The translations under genes and the position numbers were made by a program. Shown piece after piece: positions 20,597 to 31,300 of a DNA stretch of 64,000 nt. The stretch covers positions 608,001-672,000 of the forward strand of contig CM000432.1 in NCBI GenBank assembly GCA_000165345.1. Reading direction: 5' to 3'. Position 1 is the stretch's first letter. Every line of letters begins with the position of its first letter. The notes beneath the pieces are model-generated. The model saw nothing but the letters and a program-made list of their open reading frames with translations, made no database searches and was not told the origin of the DNA.

Positions 20597-23500
20597 ATGA
20601 TAGGAAGCGATGATTCTTTTGAACCAAATATACAAAATCAAACTGTTCAATCTTCTATGGCTACAAAGTCTTCAAATACGTTTCATTCCATCTTCAATAA
20701 GGACGAAAAATTGCTTGAAATGAGTTCTCAGTCCTCTTTAAAGGATGTGAACTCATACTCACCAAATATTGCTACATATAATTGTATAGGAAATAATTCA
20801 TCCCCTTCTTCAAGAATTGTATCGCCAATTTCAAGTGCAAGTTTTTTTGTTGATATGACGCCCAATGGAAGGCATTTACTGCACGCAGAAGTAGCTGATG
20901 AAGAACCAAATCCAGAAACTTGCTCGCCTAATCCTCAAAAATTCCTTCAAAATAGGTTAAATTTATTAGCTAGTCGCAACTTGCTAAACCATTATGTTAA
21001 TTCAAACGAAAACAATTACTTCGGAAAACAATTAAGCTCTGATGTTATTTCGAGTATACCTGATTTGCAGTATAATGAAACGGCTGTTCAAGATATGGTT
21101 ATTAATAAGCTAAGCATGTCAACTCAAATGTTACCAGATACAATTGAAGAGGCAAGAAAAAGGGATCCAGAATTTGTCTCAAAAGCATTGGAACAAACTT
21201 TAGAATATAGTGAAGCGCAGAAACCAATACACTATTGGAGTCAAATTGAATTAGATATGCTAATTAACGAGCTATCTGCAAATATCATTGATGGGATTGA
21301 TGAAGGTAAGGCAATAGAGCTCATGGAAAAAAAATATGGCCCAAATAAACTTCAGAAAGAAAAACATGAACCAATTTGGAGAATTTTCCTTAGCCAATTC
21401 ACATCGCTTGTTGTTTCATTGCTATTAGTCGCAGGGATAGTTTCACTAGCGTTTCAAGAATGGGTTGAAGGAATTGGGATTTTATTTATCGTTTTGATTA
21501 ACGCAAGCCTTGCAACATATATGGAAAATAATGCATCTAATGCACTTGCGAAACTAGCGGACTTATCCTCTCCAAAATGCACAGTAATAAGGTCTGGAAT
21601 AATAAATATAATACCTGCATATAATTTAATCCCAGGCGATATTGTGCTGTTGAGAACTGGCGATAGCGTCCCCGCAGATGTTAGGTTAATTGAAGCTACT
21701 GAAATTAAGTGTAATGAAGCTTTGCTTACTGGTGAATCGGAAGATGTATCAAAGCACTTGGTCAGCCCTGATCCAAATAATCCTTTCCCAACAAATATTT
21801 GCTTTGCATCAACTGCAATTACAAATGGAACAGGCAAAGCAATTGTTGTACTTACCGGGATGAACACACAAATAGGGAGGATTGCGCAACAACTGAAACT
21901 TGCAAGCGGTGGTTCAAATAGTGGCACTCCGTTACAAATCGGATTAAATAGGCTTGGGGGATTTATAGGATTTATGTCATTAATCGTATTGGTAATAATA
22001 GTAATTGTGGCTTTGCTCACAAACTATAAAGATCCATCTCATCCGAACAGTAACCCTGTATTCGGTATCATTCTTGTTGCTGTTGGGTTTGCTGTGTCAT
22101 CTATACCAGAAGGTTTACCTATGGTAGTAACAATATGTCTTTCAATTGGGTGCTCTGAAATGTGTAGAAGGAAAGCTAATATTAGAAAGCTACCAGCAGT
22201 TGAGACTTTAGGATGCTGCTCAGTTATTTGTAGTGATAAAACTGGCACGTTAACAGAAGGAAAAATGACAGCAGTTAAATTAGCTACTTTCTCTAGAAAT
22301 AATACCAAGACATTAAATATATCTCCCACAGGTAATGAACAATCACCTTCTTTTGTGGAATACCAAGAAAGTAACTCTTGTGTTTTCTCATTTTACCCTA
22401 CAAGAGGTAGCGACCCAAATGGAGGAATTTTTTTATCGTCTTCTCTCACACAAAATATTAAAGAAGAAATAATGAACCTAATACATTTTAATAAAAACAA
22501 AACAATAGAGATGACAGAAAATCATATTCTTGAAAGTAATTTTGAAATGCCTCCAGATGACAAAATCCCATATAAATTCATTAATTACAATTCAATTTGT
22601 AAAGACTTTGGGGACCCTTTAAATAGCCATCTTCCCCAAACTAAATATGTTAGGAGTGCGCTTTTAGCAGGATACTTAAACAGCTACGGAACTGCCTTAG
22701 TGTATGATAATGAAAGCAATTCATGGAAAACTAGAGGAAATATGAGCGAAGGAGCGATAGTTGTAGCTGCAGCCAAAGCATCTTATGGAATAAAAAATAA
22801 AATTTTTGACTCAAGGAAACAAGATATTGAATCAAAACAAAGTAGTACAAAGAAAAGTGGTCATTTAATTCGTTCTAAATTAAATGATCAGAACTTTAAA
22901 ACCATTAATAATGGGAACAATCCTGCTACTGAAGTTGCTACTTCTGGTAGCTCTCCTACTCAATGCGCACTCGATTCGAACTCCACTGATAGCAATAAAC
23001 TAAAAAATTATATAATTGATGGAGTAAACACAGAAAATAAGACAAATTTGGTTATTGAAGATGAAATTGAGTATTTAAGGGTCCCTTCTGTAGAAGTACC
23101 TTTTACTTCTTCCAGAAAAATGATGATGACTGTACATTCTCTGTCCACACCAAACAAATTTGGAGATATATTTTTTTCAAATACTGATTCAAAATCAAAT
23201 AAACAAACTAATCTTCAAAATAAAGTTTCAAATTCTAATTCTCAGAGGTATTCAAAGACAGTAGATAACCTTGATTCTGGCGTTTACACTCATGTTGCAA
23301 TATTAAAAGGTGCCCCTGACAGAATTGTTAAACATATAGGTTTTATGCTTAATACAGATTGGAAAAATGAAGAACCAATGGTTCATATAGATTATTCGGA
23401 AAAAATAAATCCAAAAGAAATCTTTGAAATAGAAAACACGAATAAAGTTTTGAGTGGGGAAGCCTTGAGAGTTCTCGGAATTGCAATTCTCCCATTAACT

Positions 23501-25183
23501 AGTGAAGACTTTTTTGATTTAGTCACAGAAGAATGCAGCGATAAAAGGTTACAATATGTTTTAGACAAAAATGAACTTACTCTTTTGGGGCTGATAGGAT
23601 TTCTTGATCCTCCCAGGCCTGGAGTTGAGAAGGCAATCACCAAGTGCTGTGAAGCAGGTGTAAGAGTAATTATGATTACAGGAGATCAACAACCAACAGC
23701 ATGTGCAATTGCAAGGTCAATTGGATTACTTGCAGATGAGTATGAATATAAAAATAGTTACGAAGGCAGTGCAGACTTACATAATGCAACATCTGGGTCT
23801 ATTATTTGTAACCAATTGCATGAGAACGGCGATGCTTCTAGACCGCATTTATCAAATGAGTTATTTGATAAGATTGTTTCATCTGTAAGCGTATTTTGTA
23901 GAGCTCAACCAGAAGATAAAATAGCGATTGTTCGTTCGCTTCAAAGGCAGGGGGAGGTTGTTGCAATGACAGGGGATGGCGTAAATGATGCGCCTGCATT
24001 AAAAGCTGCTGATATTGGAGTTGCAATGGGGATAAGTGGTACTGAGGTTGCAAAGGGTGCTTCTGAAATGGTTTTGCTTGATGATAACTTTGTGACTATA
24101 GTAAATGCAATTGAGGAGGGGAGGAAAATATATTCAAATGTACAGAAATTTGTCGCATTTTTACTTGGAACGAATATTGGAGAAATAATTTATTTATCAA
24201 TTGCAATTGCAGCACAACTTCCTATTCCAATAGCTGCACTTCAAATACTGTTTTTAAACTTAATGTCAGATGGTGGGCCTGCAGTAGCTCTCAGCGTTGA
24301 TCCCCCAGATCCAAATATGATGAAAGTTCCTCCCAGACCAAAAAAAAGCCCAATTATGACAAGAGACTGGTGGATATTTGGAAATATTCCTCATGCCATC
24401 TTCGAGGCTATTTGCGTCCTTTCTGTACTGATAATTTCAATGTATACATCTTTAGGAGTTTTTCAAAGGAATGCGATTGAATCACTTTGTCTCCATGATT
24501 CAAATAATAGATACTTTTGCCAAACTAATGAATGGAGATTAAATTTAATTGACTTAGAAAAAACCGGATGGGTAACAAATATTGATTTTTATAACCCTTT
24601 AACAAACAGCATGGAACAAATCTTGGGTGTTACTAAAGGAAAGTTAAATTCAACACTTTCACCTTCTGAAATTCCATATGTTAAAGGTTTATACGAAAAA
24701 GCGGAGAGATTGGGAATTTCTTGCGTAGCTGGGAAACATGGTTGGTGTATTCCTCAACAAAAGATCACAAATGACGAGTATATTGATTTGGTTGCTTTCG
24801 GTACAATAAGAGGCAGGACTGCCTCTTTTATTGCTGCTGTATTCTGTGAAATGCTACGAGCGTACACTGTTAGAACTTGGGATTGGTTTACAAAACCTCT
24901 ATTTAACAATCCATGGCTTCATTTTGCTTGTAGCTTAAGCGCTAGTAGCACACTGATTGTAACATTCACGCCTGGCTTACAACAAATTTTTGGAACTCAT
25001 ACAATATATTGGTGGCTTTACATTCTAGCTATTGGTGCGGGATTTCTGAATATGGCATTTGATGAATTAGTGCCTAAGCCTCTATACCGAAGAATTGTCG
25101 AAAGAAGAAGAATAAGGGCAAAGTTACTAGCTGAGAGAGATGTAAATTGGATTACTAGATCTGAACAATTTGAAAATACTTAG
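20597..25183 (+). CDS. P-type (type II) cation-transporting ATPase, Ca2+/Mn2+ pump-like with PMR1/SPCA-type signature
   Basis: 1528 aa. Phosphorylation site VICSDKTGTLTEGKMT is preceded by IPEGLPMVVTICLS and LPAVETLGCC (the GCC matches the SPCA/PMR1 pattern). Hinge GDGVNDAPALKAADIGVAMG. The ten-TM layout has a ~190-aa Ser-rich N-terminal extension and a ~300-aa low-complexity insertion within the cytoplasmic N/P domain region. Confidence 0.8.
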   Translation: MIGSDDSFEPNIQNQTVQSSMATKSSNTFHSIFNKDEKLLEMSSQSSLKDVNSYSPNIATYNCIGNNSSPSSRIVSPISSASFFVDMTPNGRHLLHAEVADEEPNPETCSPNPQKFLQNRLNLLASRNLLNHYVNSNENNYFGKQLSSDVISSIPDLQYNETAVQDMVINKLSMSTQMLPDTIEEARKRDPEFVSKALEQTLEYSEAQKPIHYWSQIELDMLINELSANIIDGIDEGKAIELMEKKYGPNKLQKEKHEPIWRIFLSQFTSLVVSLLLVAGIVSLAFQEWVEGIGILFIVLINASLATYMENNASNALAKLADLSSPKCTVIRSGIINIIPAYNLIPGDIVLLRTGDSVPADVRLIEATEIKCNEALLTGESEDVSKHLVSPDPNNPFPTNICFASTAITNGTGKAIVVLTGMNTQIGRIAQQLKLASGGSNSGTPLQIGLNRLGGFIGFMSLIVLVIIVIVALLTNYKDPSHPNSNPVFGIILVAVGFAVSSIPEGLPMVVTICLSIGCSEMCRRKANIRKLPAVETLGCCSVICSDKTGTLTEGKMTAVKLATFSRNNTKTLNISPTGNEQSPSFVEYQESNSCVFSFYPTRGSDPNGGIFLSSSLTQNIKEEIMNLIHFNKNKTIEMTENHILESNFEMPPDDKIPYKFINYNSICKDFGDPLNSHLPQTKYVRSALLAGYLNSYGTALVYDNESNSWKTRGNMSEGAIVVAAAKASYGIKNKIFDSRKQDIESKQSSTKKSGHLIRSKLNDQNFKTINNGNNPATEVATSGSSPTQCALDSNSTDSNKLKNYIIDGVNTENKTNLVIEDEIEYLRVPSVEVPFTSSRKMMMTVHSLSTPNKFGDIFFSNTDSKSNKQTNLQNKVSNSNSQRYSKTVDNLDSGVYTHVAILKGAPDRIVKHIGFMLNTDWKNEEPMVHIDYSEKINPKEIFEIENTNKVLSGEALRVLGIAILPLTSEDFFDLVTEECSDKRLQYVLDKNELTLLGLIGFLDPPRPGVEKAITKCCEAGVRVIMITGDQQPTACAIARSIGLLADEYEYKNSYEGSADLHNATSGSIICNQLHENGDASRPHLSNELFDKIVSSVSVFCRAQPEDKIAIVRSLQRQGEVVAMTGDGVNDAPALKAADIGVAMGISGTEVAKGASEMVLLDDNFVTIVNAIEEGRKIYSNVQKFVAFLLGTNIGEIIYLSIAIAAQLPIPIAALQILFLNLMSDGGPAVALSVDPPDPNMMKVPPRPKKSPIMTRDWWIFGNIPHAIFEAICVLSVLIISMYTSLGVFQRNAIESLCLHDSNNRYFCQTNEWRLNLIDLEKTGWVTNIDFYNPLTNSMEQILGVTKGKLNSTLSPSEIPYVKGLYEKAERLGISCVAGKHGWCIPQQKITNDEYIDLVAFGTIRGRTASFIAAVFCEMLRAYTVRTWDWFTKPLFNNPWLHFACSLSASSTLIVTFTPGLQQIFGTHTIYWWLYILAIGAGFLNMAFDELVPKPLYRRIVERRRIRAKLLAERDVNWITRSEQFENT

Positions 25184-25432
25184 TTTATTAGATTTTGTAT
25201 ATTTAAAATTTACTTAAGGAGAATTTAGTTAAATCACTGTTTTATAATTACCTAGTACATCTATTTTAAAAAATTATCCAAATGAGAAAATAGCCATACA
25301 GCTTAGTTAGTATCCTGTAAATAATTACAGACTAATTGGTATATAAAAATGCAATCAAACTAAATGTGTAAGATTACATGTAATTGCTCATTTAATTGTA
25401 GGGAGTACGAAATTATTCGAGTTAAAGTTTAG

Positions 25433-25498
25433 TGGCGGGAACTAATTACCGCTTCTATCGCGCCGAATTTTGTGGGGGCTTGACTCCACGTGCATGTA
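25433..25498. promoter_or_regulatory. GC-rich cis-element cluster upstream of the coiled-coil gene: E2F-like GGCGGGAA, TCGCGCCG, G5, CACGTG/TGCATGTA
   Basis: tGGCGGGAAc (25433-25442), aTCGCGCCGAa (25458-25467), GGGGG (25473-25477) and CACGTGCATGTA (25488-25498) lie within 100 bp upstream of ATG 25533 in otherwise >75% AT DNA. Confidence 0.4.
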
Positions 25499-25532
25499 TT
25501 AAAAAATTATTGCATATAAGTAATATTAACAC

Positions 25533-28496
25533 ATGTACAAATCTGCGCATGAAGAATTTTTTGATTTTATATTAAAATCGCATGTAAGCGATCCAAAGCT
25601 AAATCTGAGCCATGAAACTAAATCCAATGAGTCACTTGAAAAAAAAAAGTTGTCTGGAACACCTACTCGAAACATAAAATCAGAATTGGATGAGAATGTA
25701 CATACGTCTAACAAATCAAGAAAAAAAAATCGAAAATTAAATATTGAAGATAATTCGATGCTTTTGACTGAACATCCAAAAACGACTAATGAGCTACTTA
25801 AGGAGTTAGCTCAGACAGTTAAGGAAGGACAGTCTTTACAAAAAGATGTAGAAGTATTGAAAAAAGTTGTGTTTAATCAAAATTCAAGATCTAACCAATT
25901 CTGTTTTGTCCCAAATGGCCTTGAAATTGTGGGATTTAATTCAACTGAACTTGATCAGCCAAAGGACAACTTAATTTCGAATAGCTATTTGGAAGAAAAA
26001 AATTTAGGCTTTTCTGGACAACTGGAATATTATGTCAACAATATTGAGTCTATTGATTACGGTCAAAAAAGTGGAATTCAACCTATATCCGTACCAATTC
26101 TACGTATGAATACTATTGATACCCGAAAAAATGTGCTCAATACTCATTCAGTTGCACAACATTTTAAATTTAATTTAATGAGGATTTTGAAAAGAATCAA
26201 ACAGACAGAAGAAGTTCAAGTATATATTAGAAGTTTATATCAACAACTTAAATCAGAAATGATTTGCCATATTGAAGAAGAGAAGGCTATTGTAGCTAAA
26301 TTGATAGATGAACTAAAATCAATACACAATGTAAATTTTAAGTACAAAAGTAGTTTAAGGGAGAAAGACACACTAATAGTTAAACTAAATGGTTCAATTG
26401 ACACATTAAATGTTGAAAATAAAGATTTGAGTGAAAAATATGATACTATTTTTAAAGAAAAGAGATTATTCGAAAAAGAAATGAGTACTCGTTTACATAA
26501 TTTAGAAAAAGAGAACAATGATCTTAAGTCCTTCGTAGAAAAAATCAAGGATGAACACGAACAAACAAAATCTGAACTAAAGAAAGCAAAAGAACAGTCG
26601 AGTGAATTTGACAAGTTTATGTCTCAGCTTAAGAGTATGGGGATAATTGAGAAGATTGACGGTTCAAAGTACCTAGTTAACAATGAAAACAGGACACTAA
26701 ACGATGAATTGAAATTTTTAAAAGATCTGCTAAAGGATAAAAGAGATAGAGAAGAGTTGCTACATAAGAATATTTCACAGTTATCTGATGAGAACAGTAA
26801 ATTAAATACAAATTATAAAGAAAATAAAACATGTTTAGATAAAAAAATTCGAGAAAATTGTATTTTACAGTCAATACTAGAAAACTATAAAGAAAGAATT
26901 GGAGAGCTTGAAGAAAAAAATTGTTCATTGCAATCTGAAATAAATAACTGGAAAATTAAGATTGAACTTGGGATTGAAGAAGAAAAAAAGACAAAGATTA
27001 AAATTTTAGAATTAGAATCGGAATTGCAGTCTTGTAAGCATGAATTGAATGCAAAGTCATTGGAATTTAATAATTCTTTAAGTAGACTCGGACAAGCATA
27101 TGTCGAACTGAATGAAACAAAGCAATCACTTAAAGATTCTAAATATGAATTGGAAAATTTTAGAGAAAAAATAAAGTCGATGAATAGAGAAAATAAGGAA
27201 TTAAATGACGCACTCTCAAGCCAATTTCATTTAAATAGAAAGAAAGAAATCGAAATAGAATCATTAAAAAAGGATTATGAAAAAATTACAAATAATTTAG
27301 AAAATGAAAAGTTATCTAATAATAATTTAAGGAACAAGATAACAGAACTTGAAATAAATTGTTCGAAAATAGAAAATGAAAGATTTGAGATTCATAAAGA
27401 ACTTAATAATAGATGCATTATTGAAATTGAAAAAAAAGAATCTTTGGAAAAGGTATCAAAGGAATACAGCGAGTTGAAGAAGGAATTAGTGCAGAAAGAT
27501 GTGCAAATAAACAAACTCAAGGATGAGTTAAAAGAGACAGTTAGCCGCTTTGAAAGTGAATCTTTAAATAAAATTAATTTATTAGAAAACCAGCTAAATG
27601 AAAAATATAAACGTGATATTCATGCAATTGAAGAATCAAAAAGAAATATTTGTATTGAAAATGAAAACTTGCTTGAAGAAATGATCCACCAAAAAAAGAT
27701 GATACAAGAACTAATTTATGAGAAAATATCGTTAAACAGTGAAGTTAATTCATTAAAAGAAGCTGCAGAGGTTAATAAAAAGCAATTTGAAAACTCAATC
27801 CAAATTCTCTCAAAGGAGCTGTCAGCGCTACAAGAATTGGGAAGCAGTAAAATTATTGATTATCATGAAGAGAGCAATGTTAGAAGTTTTATTAAACATA
27901 TTTTAAAACAGAATTCGGAAGTTGACTTACGAGATGCTGAAAATTGCATTAATCAAGTTGAGTTACACCAAATACAAAGTACAACTGCTCCACCAAGTAA
28001 TTATAGCGTATTAAAAACAGAGAATGATTATTTTAGTCTTGATCAAAATATATTTAATGACAAATTCTTAAATACTCCTATAATGGAATGCAGTGATTTT
28101 TTCCAAGTTGAAGCGTCCTTATCTGCTCAATGCGAAATGGCGTATATTGACATAATTTCACAAACTGAAAGATTTAAAGACCTTTCGAATAAACTCAAAA
28201 GCCTTGAGGAGATTTTGATTAGAAATGGTGAAAAGAGTATATCAGAAATAGTACTAACTCTTTTTTGTGACCTTGAAAATATGGGTATTTCGTCTAAAGA
28301 ACTACTTAAGATAGTGAATTCAGAAAACAAGTCCAAGATTGAAATAGACAATGAGCTTTCAAATAAAATAACAGAAATAAGCCGAGCCTGGGTTCTTGAA
28401 GCAGAAGCTTCTAAACAAATACTTGACAATGCTCATAAAATAAGAAATGCCGCAGCAAAAGAAAGAATGATGTGGATAGAAAAAAAATTTAAATAG
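25533..28496 (+). CDS. Long coiled-coil protein (987 aa), function unknown
   Basis: Single ORF starting at ATG 25533. Extreme K/E/N/L heptad-rich composition over ~700 aa, typical of a coiled-coil rod. No catalytic motifs recognised. Confidence 0.6.
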   Translation: MYKSAHEEFFDFILKSHVSDPKLNLSHETKSNESLEKKKLSGTPTRNIKSELDENVHTSNKSRKKNRKLNIEDNSMLLTEHPKTTNELLKELAQTVKEGQSLQKDVEVLKKVVFNQNSRSNQFCFVPNGLEIVGFNSTELDQPKDNLISNSYLEEKNLGFSGQLEYYVNNIESIDYGQKSGIQPISVPILRMNTIDTRKNVLNTHSVAQHFKFNLMRILKRIKQTEEVQVYIRSLYQQLKSEMICHIEEEKAIVAKLIDELKSIHNVNFKYKSSLREKDTLIVKLNGSIDTLNVENKDLSEKYDTIFKEKRLFEKEMSTRLHNLEKENNDLKSFVEKIKDEHEQTKSELKKAKEQSSEFDKFMSQLKSMGIIEKIDGSKYLVNNENRTLNDELKFLKDLLKDKRDREELLHKNISQLSDENSKLNTNYKENKTCLDKKIRENCILQSILENYKERIGELEEKNCSLQSEINNWKIKIELGIEEEKKTKIKILELESELQSCKHELNAKSLEFNNSLSRLGQAYVELNETKQSLKDSKYELENFREKIKSMNRENKELNDALSSQFHLNRKKEIEIESLKKDYEKITNNLENEKLSNNNLRNKITELEINCSKIENERFEIHKELNNRCIIEIEKKESLEKVSKEYSELKKELVQKDVQINKLKDELKETVSRFESESLNKINLLENQLNEKYKRDIHAIEESKRNICIENENLLEEMIHQKKMIQELIYEKISLNSEVNSLKEAAEVNKKQFENSIQILSKELSALQELGSSKIIDYHEESNVRSFIKHILKQNSEVDLRDAENCINQVELHQIQSTTAPPSNYSVLKTENDYFSLDQNIFNDKFLNTPIMECSDFFQVEASLSAQCEMAYIDIISQTERFKDLSNKLKSLEEILIRNGEKSISEIVLTLFCDLENMGISSKELLKIVNSENKSKIEIDNELSNKITEISRAWVLEAEASKQILDNAHKIRNAAAKERMMWIEKKFK

Positions 28497-28515
28497 CGTT
28501 TATAGCAAATATAAG

Positions 28516-29382
28516 TCACAAAGAAGTTTTTTTTTTATTAAAAAATGGTCTGTGTACCCATTCTATTGATAAGTTTTTCATCTCTAAAGTCCCAAGTTCT
28601 ATTTTATATAACTTAAGAATAAATCTGGGACCAATCTCGTTCAGTTGAATCTCTTCTGATTTGTCAGTAATATCTTTATCCCAACTAAAATGACGGAAAA
28701 TAATATTATCATTGATATTTACAAATGAAATTACTCTTTGAGATGCGTTTTTTAGTTTCGGAAATAAATGTTTTAAAATATTAGACACTCTTAACCCAAG
28801 AGTAGAATTAAAATTTTGAAAAATCAAGTGGGGAATACTTTGAGACATGGTTGATGGTTTGATTGGGAGATCATGCCTTAACACTACATCGCTTATGGCA
28901 AAATATGCAGTTGGCCCATAAGGAAAATGTGAGATAATTAAGCCATCAGGCTCTCCTCTATGTTCATGTACAACTACTAAGTCTGTAGCTCCGTTTGATC
29001 GGCACAAGTCCCCGAAATCATTTAAAACATAGCCACCTCTGTTTATTCTAAAACTATTAGGTATTACCAAATTTAGTTCCTTAACAAATTGTAACAGCCT
29101 ACTACTCGGGCTTCTAGATGTCGTAATTAGTATTTTTGGTTCATATAACCCAGATAAAGAATATTCATCATCAACAATAGATTTAGGATCGATTGATGTA
29201 TCAAAAAGGTCAATATTTGCAACAATCTTATCGGAAACATTCTTATATTCTGTTGGAATTTGCCTTCCTTCATCCAGAGCCTCCTTAAAACGAACACTCC
29301 TTTCGAATATGTTCTTTTCAACTCTTTCCAAACCTTTCCTAGAAATGTATTCTTTTCTTTGTCGTGCGTTTCTTCTTAACAT
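28516..29382 (-). CDS. IMP4: U3 snoRNP protein IMP4 (Brix domain)
   Basis: MLRRNARQRKEYISRKGLER ... ILITTSRSPSSRLLQFVKELNLVIPNSFRINRG ... DLVVVHEHRGEPDGLIISHFPYGPTAYFAISDVVLRHD ... EIGPRFILKLYKIELGTLE aligns along its whole length with IMP4 (MLRREARLRREYLYRKA ... VMITTSRDPSSRL ... [29 protein letters not shown] ... EVGPRFELKLYMIRLGTLE). Confidence 0.9.
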   Translation of the reverse strand: MLRRNARQRKEYISRKGLERVEKNIFERSVRFKEALDEGRQIPTEYKNVSDKIVANIDLFDTSIDPKSIVDDEYSLSGLYEPKILITTSRSPSSRLLQFVKELNLVIPNSFRINRGGYVLNDFGDLCRSNGATDLVVVHEHRGEPDGLIISHFPYGPTAYFAISDVVLRHDLPIKPSTMSQSIPHLIFQNFNSTLGLRVSNILKHLFPKLKNASQRVISFVNINDNIIFRHFSWDKDITDKSEEIQLNEIGPRFILKLYKIELGTLEMKNLSIEWVHRPFFNKKKTSL

Positions 29383-29506
29383 CGATATATTTGCAGTTAT
29401 TTTTTAAAATTTTTTTTTTGCAATCTAGCATGTTAACGCCGCAAATTGGAGACAAAGCGGGAGATTGAAAAAGTATTTTTGACATTTTCTTCAATTTCTT
29501 TATTTA

Positions 29507-30796
29507 ATGGATTGTAATGCAGTAAGCTCACTTTCGTGGGTTCCAAGAGGATACGCGAAGGAAGTCCCTATTAAAAATGCTCATTATGCTATGAATGACG
29601 AAGATGTTGAACAATATTTTGTCAGCCACAATATCGAGCATGAAATAAATAATCAAACAAAGACTATTATTGACACAAACTTGAATACATCTGGTAGAGA
29701 TGACAAAAATAGTAAGGATTTTTCTTTTTATGGTGAAAACTTTTTTCATACAGTTGAGAGAGGCTTATCTAAATTTGGCAAAGACCCAAATATGAAACAG
29801 GATCAATTTATTGATTCTGATGACGAAGCATTACAAATAAAAGCAGGTGATTCACTGTTGGCAACAACTACAATTGAAGATGATGTTGCTACCTTGCAGG
29901 TATATTTATATTCAATTGAAGATGGAAGTTTTTACGTGCATCATGATGTCATTATTGGAGATTATCCCCTTTGTTCAGAGTGGATTTCTCTAGGGTCTCA
30001 CAATAAAAACAATATTGTTGCAGTTGGATCATTTAATGGCGAGGTAAATCTTTGGAACTTAGATTTCATCGATTCAATTGATCCTATATTGACATTACAC
30101 AGTGATTTAGGACATTCTGATGCAGTAATGAGTTTGGCAGCACACAATGGAAATTCAAAGTTATTAGCATCAGGCTCTGCTGATGAAACAATTAAGCTTT
30201 GGGATTTAAATGAAGGCTCCTGCATTATCACTTATTCCAATTCTACAAACAAAGTTCAATGTCTAGAGTGGCATCATTCTGAAAACAACATATTAATCGC
30301 TGCTGATTATAACAGGTCTCTACAATTTATAGATATTAGAACAGTTGGCCGTCAAGCTTTACTAAATTACAACAAAGAGCACGGTGATCCAGAATCTATT
30401 GTATTACCCAGTGCGGGCATTTATGATAACGGAAATACTGTCATAATTTCTACAGAAAATGGGCTAATTTCAGGGTATGATATCAGAATGCTTTCTGAAA
30501 ACTGTGCTAAAAGTAAATTTTCAGTTGTAGCAAACCACAATTCAAAGCCGATCACATCTATTTGTTGTACATCTATTTCCAATATGTTGGTTAGCTGTGA
30601 TTTAGATGGTATTTCTAAGGTATGGGATTTGTCTCATATGAAGGAATGCGTCATTGAAAAGCCTCTCAAAGGAGGAAAGCTATTTACTTGCAAAAGCTGT
30701 CCGGATGAGAAGGCGATAGTAGCTTTTGGAGGTGAGTCAACAATCCTTTGGAATATTTCTCAAGAAGATGTTGTATCAAAGAAATTTGATTTATGA
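29507..30796 (+). CDS. PWP1: Periodic tryptophan protein 1 (PWP1) homologue, WD40 repeat
   Basis: N-terminal SSLSWVPRGYAKEVP matches PWP1 (CVAWVRCGVAKETP). EDGSFYVHHDVIIGDYPLCSEWISLG matches [23 protein letters not shown]. WD repeats follow (SGSADETIKLWDL, ISKVWDL). Confidence 0.8.
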   Translation: MDCNAVSSLSWVPRGYAKEVPIKNAHYAMNDEDVEQYFVSHNIEHEINNQTKTIIDTNLNTSGRDDKNSKDFSFYGENFFHTVERGLSKFGKDPNMKQDQFIDSDDEALQIKAGDSLLATTTIEDDVATLQVYLYSIEDGSFYVHHDVIIGDYPLCSEWISLGSHNKNNIVAVGSFNGEVNLWNLDFIDSIDPILTLHSDLGHSDAVMSLAAHNGNSKLLASGSADETIKLWDLNEGSCIITYSNSTNKVQCLEWHHSENNILIAADYNRSLQFIDIRTVGRQALLNYNKEHGDPESIVLPSAGIYDNGNTVIISTENGLISGYDIRMLSENCAKSKFSVVANHNSKPITSICCTSISNMLVSCDLDGISKVWDLSHMKECVIEKPLKGGKLFTCKSCPDEKAIVAFGGESTILWNISQEDVVSKKFDL

Positions 30797-31099
30797 ATTT
30801 GTATAGTTAACTTTATCTATATTAGTCTAAATTGCATTGTATAAGATTGATATTTAACAATATCGATGGTTTGTATTATGTGTTATATTTATTGTGTTTT
30901 AGCGATACACATATATAAGAAATATAGTAGAATATAGCTGTAATTCCAGCAGATAGCCCATTTAATGATTTTTTTCTCGCAATGTGCAGTCTTTCTTTCA
31001 ACCATGTGGGGGAATCGTGGCATTTTCAGAATTACCTGCGCCAGAATTATTCAATTTAAATACTTTTTTGAAATTAACACTAAAATCTTTATTATTAAA

Positions 31100-31300
31100 A
31101 TGAGGGTATTAAGTGGAAATGCAATTAACCAAGAAGTATTGGAAACACTAGCTGATATATCAAGCTTATTGAATACAGGATTAGATAAGGAAACCATATT
31201 AATTTTAATTAAACTATTAGAATTGGGCGTACAACCAGAAACATTATCAGAATTAGTGATTGAAATTCGCAGAGAAATAGAAAGCTACCAAATTTATTAG
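31100..31300 (+). CDS. MZT1: MOZART1 / MZT1 (mitotic-spindle organizing protein 1, gamma-tubulin complex subunit), 66 aa
   Basis: MRVLSGNAINQEVLETLADISSLLNTGLDKETILILIKLLELGVQPETLSELVIEIRRE aligns with MZT1 ([48 protein letters not shown]). The ORF-track ORF 30965..31300 is a spurious upstream extension from a non-ATG start; the first ATG in frame is at 31100. Confidence 0.75.
   Translation: MRVLSGNAINQEVLETLADISSLLNTGLDKETILILIKLLELGVQPETLSELVIEIRREIESYQIY

Noticed and set aside
30965-31099. N-terminal 45 codons of ORF 30965..31300
   Set aside because: The ORF starts at a non-ATG codon. Only the part from ATG 31100 matches MZT1. The extension has no similarity and is treated as 5' UTR.
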